Below, in pieces: positions 53,011 to 62,299 of a stretch of DNA of 64,000 nucleotides. Position 1 is the stretch's first letter. Every line of letters begins with the position of its first letter. The notes beneath the pieces were generated by a model that saw nothing but the letters and a program-made list of their open reading frames with translations, was not told the origin of the DNA and did not search any database. The translations under genes and the position numbers were made by a program. The stretch is taken from NCBI GenBank assembly GCA_963787975.1, contig CAWBEU010000010.1, forward strand, positions 27,272-91,271, written 5' to 3'. This stretch comes from an uncultured Thermoplasmata archaeon (GTDB taxonomy: Archaea > Thermoplasmatota > Thermoplasmata > Lutacidiplasmatales > UBA184).

Positions 53011-54834
53011 TCACTTTCGGGTCGGAAGGCGAGCCCAGTTCGCGGGTGGTTCCGGTGGGGGAGGTCGGCGTCGCATCGCAATTAGGAGACCAGCGGCGAG
53101 CAGGATTATTCCGACGCCGAGTGCCCCGAGTTCGTCCCAGCTCAACACCAGCGGCCCCGGGTTCGCGGCCGGGGCCAGGACCACTACGGTCATCGAGGTG
53201 TGGTTTGCTTGCCGGGCCGGTGATGCCGAGTCGTTGACCCAGAGGTAGACAGTGTAATCGCCGGAGGTCTGGAAGGTGCACGAGGTGTTGGCGCTCGACC
53301 CCAGGTCGTTGGCTGCTTCCTCCCAGTGGTACGCGTACGGCGCCACCCCGCCGGAGACGGCCGCGCTAAACTGGATGGTGAATGGCGCGATTCCGGAGGA
53401 TCCGGACGCCGAGATTCCTACGTGCAGGTCCGGGGGTGAGACGTCCACCGTAAGGTGGCGCTCCACCGAAGTCCCTTTCGAGTCGTTCACGGTGAGGTTC
53501 ACCGCGTAGTCTCCTGGTACGGTGTAGAGTTGGGCGGGGTTCTGGGCCGTGCTCCCGGCGCCATCTCCGAACGACCAGTCGTACGTGTAGGGCGGGACCC
53601 CACCCTCGGCGCCCGCCGCGAATGCCACGTTCAACGGTGCGGCGCCCTTGGATGGAGTGGCGGAAGGTTCGGCCCCTAGCGGTTGTGCAGGTGGCGGTGA
53701 GCATGAGACGTTCGCCACCGTGGGGAGGCCTTCAGGGAAAGTGAAGCACATCGAGGAGAGGGTCCAGTTGAAGATCGCCTGGCCGTAGTACGACGACGGG
53801 AACGGCGTCAGGAACTCCGAACCGAGATTCAGGTCGTCGAGGTACAGGTTCACGTCGTTGTTGTTCGGGTAACCCCAGCACGAGATCCCGTTGGACTGGA
53901 TCATCTGATTGATGTTGAGCAGAACGGCGCTGAAGTTGACGCCCAGCGTCCGTCCAGTCGCATTCATCGCGCCGCCGGTTCCGTTGTAGAAGTACAGCAC
54001 CGTAAGCTCGTCGTTGTCGGCTCCCTGACAGAAGTGGGAGAAATCCCACGGTTGTTCCGAGAGAGTGGCATTGACCATCGTCGGCAACGACGCAGTGCCT
54101 TCGTAGGGGAAGTAGGTGAACGGAGAACCTTCGAATCCCGTCGACATCCAGAGCATGACTTCCAGCGAGTAGTTCGTCGGGCCCGATACATTGCCCGGGT
54201 TCGGGAGATAGGAAGAAAGGAAATTGTCCCAGACATAGTCGTACGCCGCTGAGCCGAGACTGTCGTTGATCGAGTAGGAGTTCGTGAGCCACAGGCTACT
54301 GTTCGTCGCGTTCGACACCGGCTCCGGGAGCTGGAACCCGGGCGACATGTTCCCCGGGGATCCTCCCCAGAGGTCCTGACCGTACTCGACGTGAGGGAAG
54401 CCGAGGACGCCCTCCGCACCTCCCACGCTACTGAACTTGACGTCGTTGGAAACAGCGCCGGCCGTTCCCCCCGTGTAGCAGATGTTGTCGACGCCGGCGC
54501 TTCCCGATCCCAAACCGAACAAGTTCGCAGTCTCATATCCGTAGGGGAGGAAGGAGACCGGGAAGGGATTCGACGGAGTCCCATTGGCGCAGGTCTCGGG
54601 CGCGCCGCCGATTGGGGGAACAATCGTGACGGTTGAGGGGCGAGGCGGGGCGGCCGCCACGGCCGGGTCGCTCTCCGTCGGGGAGCGTCCGGCGCTAGCC
54701 GCTTGGTCGGCAAGGGACTCCGCGACACTCCCTCTGTGAGGCAGGGAAGCAGGCTGTGAGTCTCCCATAAGAGCTGGGCTAGCGGCTACCACGAGGCATA
54801 GGGCGAGTGCCAACGCCACCCAGTGTGAGCGCAT
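53011..54834 (-). CDS. Secreted, membrane-anchored GH12-like domain protein with two PKD domains
   Basis: Within ORF 53011..54876; ATG 54834 gives the signal peptide MRSHWVALALALCLVVAASPA. GH12-like motifs are AYDYVWDNF, YSLEVMLWMS (compare ELMIW) and LGSEFLTPF (compare GTEPF). The two PKD repeats are PLNVAFAA...YTYDWSFGDG...GDYAVNLTVNDS and PFTIQFSA...YAYHWEE...GDYTVYLWVNDS. The C-terminus has a TM helix plus RRRPPPPEPP. Confidence 0.6.
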   Translation of the reverse strand: MRSHWVALALALCLVVAASPALMGDSQPASLPHRGSVAESLADQAASAGRSPTESDPAVAAAPPRPSTVTIVPPIGGAPETCANGTPSNPFPVSFLPYGYETANLFGLGSGSAGVDNICYTGGTAGAVSNDVKFSSVGGAEGVLGFPHVEYGQDLWGGSPGNMSPGFQLPEPVSNATNSSLWLTNSYSINDSLGSAAYDYVWDNFLSSYLPNPGNVSGPTNYSLEVMLWMSTGFEGSPFTYFPYEGTASLPTMVNATLSEQPWDFSHFCQGADNDELTVLYFYNGTGGAMNATGRTLGVNFSAVLLNINQMIQSNGISCWGYPNNNDVNLYLDDLNLGSEFLTPFPSSYYGQAIFNWTLSSMCFTFPEGLPTVANVSCSPPPAQPLGAEPSATPSKGAAPLNVAFAAGAEGGVPPYTYDWSFGDGAGSTAQNPAQLYTVPGDYAVNLTVNDSKGTSVERHLTVDVSPPDLHVGISASGSSGIAPFTIQFSAAVSGGVAPYAYHWEEAANDLGSSANTSCTFQTSGDYTVYLWVNDSASPARQANHTSMTVVVLAPAANPGPLVLSWDELGALGVGIILLAAGLLIAMRRRPPPPEPPANWARLPTRK

Positions 54835-54963
54835 TGAACATCGGCGCGGAGCCGGGCAGGCCGGGTGGACCGCCACCCTCGCTTCGCGAAGCTACTGAAT
54901 TGAAATTCTCCGGCCCTGCATATGAACGTATTGGGGGCGAGTCGGGGAGATGGTGAGTGTCCG

Positions 54964-55497
54964 TTACCGCGTCCGGCGACGAGTCAACGGGATCCACATC
55001 ATTTGAGGGGGCTTCTCGTCGCGCTGCCAGTAGATGCCGATGATCTCCCCCAGGTGATGAGCTTGCTCGAAGGTGGTCTGCAACACCGCGTCGCCGACGT
55101 TGTAGGTGCCCGGCATCCAGGGCGCCTTGACCCGACGGGTGACCGTACGCGGCGTCAGGGCGGCGAAGTACTGGTCGATGCCCCTCCAGACTTGCTTCGA
55201 GTAGGCGTCGAAGCCCGCCCACGTCGTCGGCCTGCGGTACGTCTGCTGAAAGAGCTGGTTCAACTCGCGGGTCCGCCCTTGGACGATGTAGTGTATCCAG
55301 ACCTCGTGCACATTCAGAATGTGGACGAACGTCCCGAAGATCGACAGATGCCCCGTGCCCTTGTCGGCGGACGCCACGCGCCAGGGTAGGCGGCGGGCCG
55401 CCCGTACATATCGCTGGAAGGCCGACGCATTGTAGGCCGCGAGCCTCCGAGCGGTGTCAACCGTGACCGGCGAAGCGTTCTCCGGCATGATCCTCAC
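54964..55497 (-). CDS. DinB family protein
   Basis: 177 aa. IFGTFVHILNVHEVW ... FEQAHHLGEIIGIYW shows His-triad spacing typical of DinB_2. Confidence 0.6.
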   Translation of the reverse strand: MRIMPENASPVTVDTARRLAAYNASAFQRYVRAARRLPWRVASADKGTGHLSIFGTFVHILNVHEVWIHYIVQGRTRELNQLFQQTYRRPTTWAGFDAYSKQVWRGIDQYFAALTPRTVTRRVKAPWMPGTYNVGDAVLQTTFEQAHHLGEIIGIYWQRDEKPPQMMWIPLTRRRTR

Positions 55498-55578
55498 GAC
55501 GCCGGCCGAGCCCTTATCCCATTCGGCCGGCCCGTGAGCCCGCGAGCCGGAGGTCGCCTCGTGTGGAAGCGGCGGAGG

Positions 55579-56970
55579 CTAGTGGCTCGCGCGGGTTCGG
55601 GGTCGGCGCGCGGACTTCGGCTTCCACCCTTCTGGGCCGTCGGTTACCTGGCGGACCTCGGTAAATCCCATTCGCTCGAGGAGACTTGCCGCGATCCCCG
55701 CTCGGTACCCGCTCTGACAGTGGACGAACAGCGGAAGATCCTGCGCCAACGTCGAGGCTGCTTCTTTCTCCAGCCGGGGGAGGGGGATGTTGATGGCGCC
55801 GGGAACGTGAACCCGGGCGGCCTCGTCGGGGTTTCGCACGTCCAACAGTGTGAGTGGCGTCCCCTTCTCCATCACCCTGCGCACTCCCGCCATCGATACA
55901 CGGGGGGTAGACGCCGTCGGGAATCCCGCCGCGGCATACGCGGCCAGTCCTCCCTTGAGGTACCCCCGAAGACCGTCGTACCCGATTCGAAGTAGCTCGA
56001 TCTGCACCGCTCGACGGGTCGCCGGATCGTCATCGACGAGGACGAACGTCTCATCCTCCGGCCGAAGCCAGCCGACCCACGCGGACAGAGGCCCCTCGGA
56101 CGAGATCGAGATGCTGCCCGGGATGTGCGACTTTTCGAAGCGTGCCGGCTCGCGGATGTCCAGGATTGTCACGTTGGGGAGGGATCGAAGACGCTCGACC
56201 TCGGCGGCATCGAGGCCCGGAAGGTAGGCGACGCTTCGCCCTATCGGGCGACCGCCGGCCAGATTGATCGCCCGGGACAGGCCATAATATTTCGGGTACG
56301 GCTGGTCGCTCAAGTACGCCGCGAAGAATGCCGTGATATCTCGCGACCGGAGAAGAGGGTTCGTGCGTCGCTCGCGTGCAAGGCTCGTTTTCTGTACAGG
56401 TCGAGCTCCGACCCCGCAGAAGCTACCTCCGGCGTGGGTCGGGAGGACAGTCACTGACCCGGTCAGTGGACGATAGCGGTCGTGCAGTGTCGTGAACTCC
56501 TCACGGACGAGCGCGTTAGTGAACTGGGGGCCCAGGAGGTCGGGGCGCGCGGCGGTGCCGGCCATCAGGCTTCCGCCGGAGAAGAGCACGCGGACGCGGC
56601 CCCGCGCGTCGTGGAGGAGGAAACTCACGTGCTCGGGAGTGTGCCCCGGGCTCCGTATCAGCGTCAGGTGAGTCGAACCAACGTCTACGCTGTCGTGATC
56701 TCCGAGCCTGTCGTGAGGAAATTTCGCGTCGATCTGGTCGCTGAGCCCGAATCGTGCACCTCCGAGATCCGCGAGTTCCTTGCCCCCGGATACGAAATCG
56801 GCATGGAGGTGAGTGTCCAGGACCCATCGCAGGGACAGGGCGGAACGCTCTAACGCATCGAGATATCGCGACACGTCGCGCGTTGGGTCGATGATTACTG
56901 CCTCCCGACGGGAACGGTCGGCGACGAGGAACGATGAGTTTCCCAGGTCGTACGATGGAAGTATGTCCAC
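55579..56970 (-). CDS. Persulfide dioxygenase-like MBL domain fused to two rhodanese domains
   Basis: VLDTHLHADFVSGG, RSPGHTPEHVSFLL and VLPTHAGGSFCG form the ETHE1-type MBL domain. Rhodanese repeats follow, the last with the active-site loop FVHCQSGYRAGIA. Confidence 0.75.
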   Translation of the reverse strand: MDILPSYDLGNSSFLVADRSRREAVIIDPTRDVSRYLDALERSALSLRWVLDTHLHADFVSGGKELADLGGARFGLSDQIDAKFPHDRLGDHDSVDVGSTHLTLIRSPGHTPEHVSFLLHDARGRVRVLFSGGSLMAGTAARPDLLGPQFTNALVREEFTTLHDRYRPLTGSVTVLPTHAGGSFCGVGARPVQKTSLARERRTNPLLRSRDITAFFAAYLSDQPYPKYYGLSRAINLAGGRPIGRSVAYLPGLDAAEVERLRSLPNVTILDIREPARFEKSHIPGSISISSEGPLSAWVGWLRPEDETFVLVDDDPATRRAVQIELLRIGYDGLRGYLKGGLAAYAAAGFPTASTPRVSMAGVRRVMEKGTPLTLLDVRNPDEAARVHVPGAINIPLPRLEKEAASTLAQDLPLFVHCQSGYRAGIAASLLERMGFTEVRQVTDGPEGWKPKSARRPRTRASH

Positions 56971-57128
56971 GTAGAGGTCGCCATCGCGCCAGGCGCGGAC
57001 CGGCGCCTCCCCCGGTAAGTGACCTACCCGCTTGGCAGTGGGCTTTCACGATCCTCGGAACCCCACGCCCGCCTGGCTGTTAGACCGTTGCGGGTCTGGC
57101 AGGGTGTGCTGCCGCTGCGTGGACGGGG

Positions 57129-57419
57129 CTAGCAGTGGCCCCGGCTTACGACTTCCTCGCAGTGGGATGCGGGCGTGACCTTCAGGGTGCCCAACTGCCC
57201 AAATGGAGCGAAGTATTGGCGGACCAGGTTCTCGTCTGTGGCATCCACGATCAGGAAAAGGTGGTGACTCCCGTTGGCGACCGCATCTCCGTGGATCTTG
57301 ATCCCTGCCTTCGCGGCATTCGACGGATTCACTATTTGGAGGAGAGCCGCCGCCATCTGAGGGGTTTTCGCTGGGCAGGTTTCCGCCGGATGGGTATGCT
57401 CCGTCACGAAGAGCGACAT
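57129..57419 (-). CDS. Small Cys-containing hypothetical protein
   Basis: The last 96 aa of ORF 57129..57749 from ATG 57419 (MSLFVTEHTHPAETCPAKTP...HLFLIVDATDENLVRQYFAPFGQLGTLKVTPASHCEEV). No family assigned with confidence. Confidence 0.4.
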   Translation of the reverse strand: MSLFVTEHTHPAETCPAKTPQMAAALLQIVNPSNAAKAGIKIHGDAVANGSHHLFLIVDATDENLVRQYFAPFGQLGTLKVTPASHCEEVVSRGHC

Positions 57420-57561
57420 GATCCGGGCTGGTGGGACCGAGGAAAAAAGCATTCGGTTTACTTTACGCCATAAGTGCGTCCGAGGAAACCGACCGGTTCG
57501 GTGGCGGGTTGTTTTTTCTTGCAGCGCCGCGCGGACTCGCGATAGCGTGACCGCAGGGGAG

Positions 57562-58995
57562 CTAGAAGTGCCACGTCGGGCCGCCGTAGCCGTCCGGAAG
57601 CTTGGGGGCAATAGGGCGCCCGAACGGGTCCGGGCGCGGCGTGGGGGACCGACCGGTCTTTCTCGCGACGTAGGCGTCGATGGCCCCGGCCGTTCGGGTA
57701 CCGGCGGCCATGGCGTAGACCACCGATTTACCTCCTGAGGCAAACACACCCTCCACGTCCGTCATCCAATCCGGCTTCTTTCCTTCCGGCCACGGCTGGG
57801 GAGAGAGTTTGAGGTCCAACTCCGTCGGAAGACCGGTGATGTCCCCGTACTCTCCTGCCGCCACGAGCACGGTATCGCACTCGATGGTCTCCTCTGATCC
57901 GGGGATGAGCACGGCCGTCGGGCGTCCTTTCGCGTCGGGCGGCCCCACGCCCGTTGCCTGGACTACGATCCCTTCCACCTGCCCAGTTCCAAGGATCCGG
58001 ACCGGGGCACGCTGGAAGACGAAGTGGAGTCCCTCCTCCGTTCCCTCCGAGACCTCCTCCTCGCCCGCGGGCATGTCCGCCTTGCCCTTCCGGTAGAGCA
58101 CCGTCACTTGACCGCCTTTGGCGAGCCGCAGACTGGAGCGGGCGGCATCGAGCGCCACGTCTCCGCCGCCGACGACAACGACCTGCCGCTCCTTGCGTCC
58201 GAACAGACCTTCGGACCCTTTGTTCATGGCGAGGAGGAACGGGAGGGCAGCGAACACCCCCGGGAGGTGCTCCCCCGGGATTCCGAGGAGGCGTGGCTCA
58301 GAGGCGCCGATCGCGACGTAGACCGCCAGGTAGCCGTCTTTCAGGAGGCTTTCCGGGGTGAAGTCCACGCCGGCTTTCTTTCCGGTCACGAAGGTCAGGT
58401 CGAGATTCCGCAGCCGGCCGAGGTCCCAGTCGAGCTCGTCTCCCGTGAGATGGTACTTCGGGATCGTATCCACTTGGCCGCCCATGAACGGCTGGGCCTC
58501 GTAGATGGTCACGGAGTATCCGCGGAGGCAGAGCTCCCAGGCGGCCATGATCCCGGCGGGTCCGCCACCCACGACGGCGATCCGTTGGTTCTTGGGGCCG
58601 CTCGGAACGTACATGATCTGCCCGTTGCCGAACTCCAGCGCGGCGCGCTTGAGGTGACGGATGGCGATCGGCGTTCCCTTGCCGCCCATCACGCAGTCCT
58701 CCTCGCAGTAGTGGTAGCAGGTCTTGCACAGCACCATCGCGAGCGGGTTATCCTGTACGGTCAGGAGAGCCGCCGCGTCGAACTTTCCCTGTGCGATGAG
58801 CGAAATGTACCCCCGACAATCCTGCGTGATCGGGCATTCCTGCACGCAGAACGGCATGGCACATTGCAAGCAGCGCTGGGCCTCGAGGATGGCCTCCTCC
58901 TTGGAGTAGGCGTGAAGGATCTCCTCGAAGTCGGCGGCGCGTACGCCTCCCTGATCTTCGGGGATCGGGATCCGCTGGTATCGCATCGCGCACAT
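57562..58995 (-). CDS. GltD/SudA-like NAD(P)H-dependent FAD oxidoreductase with N-terminal Fe-S cluster domain
   Basis: EAQRCLQCAMPFCVQECP (Fe-S Cys motif), IAVVGGGPAGIMAAWEL (FAD GxGxxG), and VVVVGGGDVALDAAR (second Rossmann). Confidence 0.8.
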   Translation of the reverse strand: MCAMRYQRIPIPEDQGGVRAADFEEILHAYSKEEAILEAQRCLQCAMPFCVQECPITQDCRGYISLIAQGKFDAAALLTVQDNPLAMVLCKTCYHYCEEDCVMGGKGTPIAIRHLKRAALEFGNGQIMYVPSGPKNQRIAVVGGGPAGIMAAWELCLRGYSVTIYEAQPFMGGQVDTIPKYHLTGDELDWDLGRLRNLDLTFVTGKKAGVDFTPESLLKDGYLAVYVAIGASEPRLLGIPGEHLPGVFAALPFLLAMNKGSEGLFGRKERQVVVVGGGDVALDAARSSLRLAKGGQVTVLYRKGKADMPAGEEEVSEGTEEGLHFVFQRAPVRILGTGQVEGIVVQATGVGPPDAKGRPTAVLIPGSEETIECDTVLVAAGEYGDITGLPTELDLKLSPQPWPEGKKPDWMTDVEGVFASGGKSVVYAMAAGTRTAGAIDAYVARKTGRSPTPRPDPFGRPIAPKLPDGYGGPTWHF

Positions 58996-59166
58996 GGGGT
59001 GAGGTCCAGACGAGAGCCGCGAGGTTGAAAATGGCTACGCTTGACTCGCCACAGTATGGCCCAGGTGCATCTCGTTGGGAAGCTGCCCTGGATTCCCGGC
59101 CGAGCGATGGCCATTAAGTCTGGATGTCTGGCGTCCTTTGGATCGCTAAGGTGATCCTAGAGTGCA

Positions 59167-59862
59167 ATGACGACGATCAAGACGCTCGCCGCCCACGAGA
59201 TCGTCCAGCTGGTGTACCCTCGACCTCCGACGGAGCGGCAGGAGTTCGGTATGGCCGTGGGAAAGGTCATCGACTCAACGCTTTCGCGGTACAGCCACGA
59301 GTTCGACCAGGGCTTTCGCCCGACCGTGGGGGCCATGACCCGCTTCGCGGCCACATCGCTTGACGAGGAACTCAAGGACATCGACTTGCCGGTGGACCCG
59401 TCCGAAAAGACTCACGCCCAGGAACAGATCGCGGCGGTCCTACAGGCCTTTCGGAAAACGGAGGTCTTCGGCCTCCCGCGACCGAAGACCCGGATGGTCC
59501 TCATCGACGAGCGGGTGGGGGTTTACACGCAACCGGATTACTGGGACCGCAAGACGCGGTTCTACGAAATGAAGAGCTATCGCGCCATTCCCCCGCCCCC
59601 GGATGTGGCCCTGCAGCTCCGGCTCTTCCAGCTCGGATTCGCGGGCCTGGAGGCCTTCCTGGTCTGCGTCAACCGACACGCGAGCCCCCCGGACGTTACG
59701 ATCACCCAAATCGCCCCGATAACTCCGGACGAATCGTTGGAGACCCTACGTCAGGCGTTCAACTTTGGGCTAGAGAAGGGCCGGGAGAAGGTACTGGAGT
59801 ATGTCGATAGCCCGGTCGTGCGGTACTCGGTAGCCGGCGCCCAGGCGAACGATCCCGCCTAA
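59167..59862 (+). CDS. PD-(D/E)xK nuclease-fold protein (tentative)
   Basis: 231 aa. ...VGVYTQPDYWDRKTRFYEMKSY... gives D ... E-x-K spacing typical of restriction-endonuclease-like/Cas4-like cores. No Cys cluster. Confidence 0.4.
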   Translation: MTTIKTLAAHEIVQLVYPRPPTERQEFGMAVGKVIDSTLSRYSHEFDQGFRPTVGAMTRFAATSLDEELKDIDLPVDPSEKTHAQEQIAAVLQAFRKTEVFGLPRPKTRMVLIDERVGVYTQPDYWDRKTRFYEMKSYRAIPPPPDVALQLRLFQLGFAGLEAFLVCVNRHASPPDVTITQIAPITPDESLETLRQAFNFGLEKGREKVLEYVDSPVVRYSVAGAQANDPA

Positions 59863-59964
59863 CGGCATTCTCGTCTCAGGAACCCCGCAACGGACCGGCC
59901 GGCAGGCCGCTTCTGGTCGAGCTGTTTGCTTCATAAGACCGTTCTCGCCAGACCTCCGTAGAAC

Positions 59965-60324
59965 ATGGGCCAGCTCCGCGATGCGCTGGGCGCAGTTTGC
60001 CCTGAAATAGAGGGTCGTGCGAAGGCCCGCTTGAGCGCCGACCCGAAAGATGGGCTCCACAGCTGGCTCCCTCAAACGTGGGGGTTTGAGACCGAGACGG
60101 AAGCCGCGACACTTTACATCGACGCCGACGGAAAGGCCATCGCGACCGACGGGCTCCATGGTCCCGTGGATGTGAGCGTGATCTGGAATCAGGCCGATCT
60201 CCTCGAGGTCCTCACCGCCGAGACTCGTTCGGTCTCGTTCAAGGGTAAGAACCCCAAGCTTCGGTTCCGGACCCCGCATGGCCAGCGCGCTTTCAGTCTG
60301 CTCCGAGCGGCGATTGGGCTCTAG
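59965..60324 (+). CDS. Hypothetical protein
   Basis: 119-aa ORF with balanced composition. No family recognised. Confidence 0.3.
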   Translation: MGQLRDALGAVCPEIEGRAKARLSADPKDGLHSWLPQTWGFETETEAATLYIDADGKAIATDGLHGPVDVSVIWNQADLLEVLTAETRSVSFKGKNPKLRFRTPHGQRAFSLLRAAIGL

Positions 60325-60365
60325 CAAATCGCATTGAACTAGGACAAACTGGCAGAACGGAACTC

Positions 60366-61640
60366 ATGGCGCTGATTGATTCGGGGAATGTTGCGTGGGT
60401 AATCGCCGCCACCGCGCTGGTCATGCTGATGACCCCTGCGCTAGGGTTCTTCTATGGCGGCCTGGTCGGGCGCAAGAACCTCGTCACCTTGCTCGCGCAG
60501 TGCATGGCGATCTTCTCGATCATCAGCCTCATCTGGACTCTCTGGGGCTACTCCATCACCTTCGCGCCCTCCTGGCACGGGATCATTGGATCCCTCTCCA
60601 AGGTGGGGCTCAACGGAGTCGGCGCCGCGCCGAACCCGATGTACTCCTCGACGATCCCGGAGCTTCTGTACTTCGCCTTTCAGTTGAAGTTCGCGGCGAT
60701 CACGCCCGCCCTCATCATCGGGGCGATGGCCGGGCGCGCCCGGCTCAAGCCTCTCCTAGTCTTCGTCGTGCTGTGGGTCACGTTCATCTACGCTCCTATC
60801 GCCTCCTGGATTTGGAACCCGGGCGGCTGGCTCCACGCGCTCGGCCTCGTTGACTTCGCGGGAGGCCTCGTCGTGCACACCTCGGCCGGGGTATCGGCCG
60901 TGGCGGCCGCTTTGGTTATCGGCCGGCGGACGCCCGCCGAGCTCAAGGAGGCTCGCCCGAACAATGTGCCGTACGTCATCCTCGGCACCGCTCTTCTGTG
61001 GTTTGGCTGGTTCGGATTCAACGCCGGAAGCGCCCTGGCGGCGGATGGGGTCGCTGTCAATGCGCTCGTGGTAACCAACCTCGCGGCCGCTGCCGCCGGC
61101 GTGAGCTGGATGCTCGTTGAATGGTGGCAGAAGGGACAGCCCTCGGCCGTGGGGATGTGCGTAGGCGCGGTGTGCGGACTGGCCGCCGTGACGCCCGCCT
61201 CGGGCTACGTGGGACCTCTCGGCTCTATAGTGATCGGAGTCGTCGCGGGCCTCCTCTGCTACTCCGTGGCGAGCTGGAGAGCCCGGACCCGCCTGGACGA
61301 CACACTGGATGTCTTCGCGTGCCACGGCGCGGGTGGGATGTGGGGGACGCTGGCGACCGGACTCTTTGCCTCCACGCTGGTGAACCCGAACGGTCCCAAC
61401 GGCCTCTTCTACGGAAACCCGCACCAGGCCGTTGTTCAGTTGTTCGGGATCGTCGTGGTTGCGGTGTTTGCGTTCGTAGGGTCGTATGTGCTCCTGCGCG
61501 TGATCAATTTCTTCATGCCGCTGCGGGCCGGCCCGAGGGAAGAAAAGGAGGGCCTCGATCTCGCGGAGTTCGGCGAGGCGGCCTATGACCCGGGGGGTCC
61601 TGTCCCGCCCAGTCGCTCTGAGGCCTCCGGGCCCGGATAA
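60366..61640 (+). CDS. amt: Ammonium transporter
   Basis: NVAWVIAATALVMLMTPALGFFYGGLV, DFAGGLVVHTSAG, WFGWFGFNAGSA and VFACHGAGGMWG. Confidence 0.9.
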   Translation: MALIDSGNVAWVIAATALVMLMTPALGFFYGGLVGRKNLVTLLAQCMAIFSIISLIWTLWGYSITFAPSWHGIIGSLSKVGLNGVGAAPNPMYSSTIPELLYFAFQLKFAAITPALIIGAMAGRARLKPLLVFVVLWVTFIYAPIASWIWNPGGWLHALGLVDFAGGLVVHTSAGVSAVAAALVIGRRTPAELKEARPNNVPYVILGTALLWFGWFGFNAGSALAADGVAVNALVVTNLAAAAAGVSWMLVEWWQKGQPSAVGMCVGAVCGLAAVTPASGYVGPLGSIVIGVVAGLLCYSVASWRARTRLDDTLDVFACHGAGGMWGTLATGLFASTLVNPNGPNGLFYGNPHQAVVQLFGIVVVAVFAFVGSYVLLRVINFFMPLRAGPREEKEGLDLAEFGEAAYDPGGPVPPSRSEASGPG

Positions 61641-61788
61641 GTCCCAGGAGCGCGTCGCATGAACGACCTCCGGGGCCTCCGAGCGCGAATCCGGCTCGTA
61701 GTCTCGAGGCCGGTGGCCGAACGCCGGAGGGGCGCTCTCGGCGGGCGGACAGGCTATTTACCTCGGCTTCGATTTCCAGAGAGACGAT

Positions 61789-62241
61789 ATGCAGAACCCG
61801 GGAGGCCCGTACCCAGGTCCGTACGGAAGTCCGTACTCCGGTGGATACCCCCGGGAGCCTCCGCCTCATCCGCATCGGTGGCTCTTCATCGGCCTCGCCG
61901 TCATGCTCGGCCTGATCGGCGTCGCGATACTGCTCGTCATACTTTCCCCGGCCACCTTCGGTTACCATCCAGGTACGCTCGGCTTAGGCCCGTTCGGCCT
62001 CTTTGGCGGCTTCTTTCTAATCTTCATCTTCGTCATGATCATTTTCTGGATTGTCCGGATCGCCATGTGGAGTTTCCGGCCGATGGGCTACCGGTATCGC
62101 CAAGGGTACGGCGGCGGCCGCAGGTACGGCGCCTTCGCGATCGCAAGGGAGCGCTACGCGCGCGGAGAGATCACACGGGAGCAATACGACCAGATCATGC
62201 AAGACCTCCAGCGACGCCCCGGCTACCCGCCCCCGCCGTAG
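61789..62241 (+). CDS. SHOCT-domain membrane protein
   Basis: A Pro/Gly/Tyr-rich N-terminus and two TM helices, with the C-terminal ARERYARGEITREQYDQIMQDL (the SHOCT motif). Confidence 0.55.
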   Translation: MQNPGGPYPGPYGSPYSGGYPREPPPHPHRWLFIGLAVMLGLIGVAILLVILSPATFGYHPGTLGLGPFGLFGGFFLIFIFVMIIFWIVRIAMWSFRPMGYRYRQGYGGGRRYGAFAIARERYARGEITREQYDQIMQDLQRRPGYPPPP

Positions 62242-62299
62242 TCGGCCGTTTCGCAACCTCCCCGACACCGATTGGTCCCGCTTCGTCTCCCGGGCGCCC

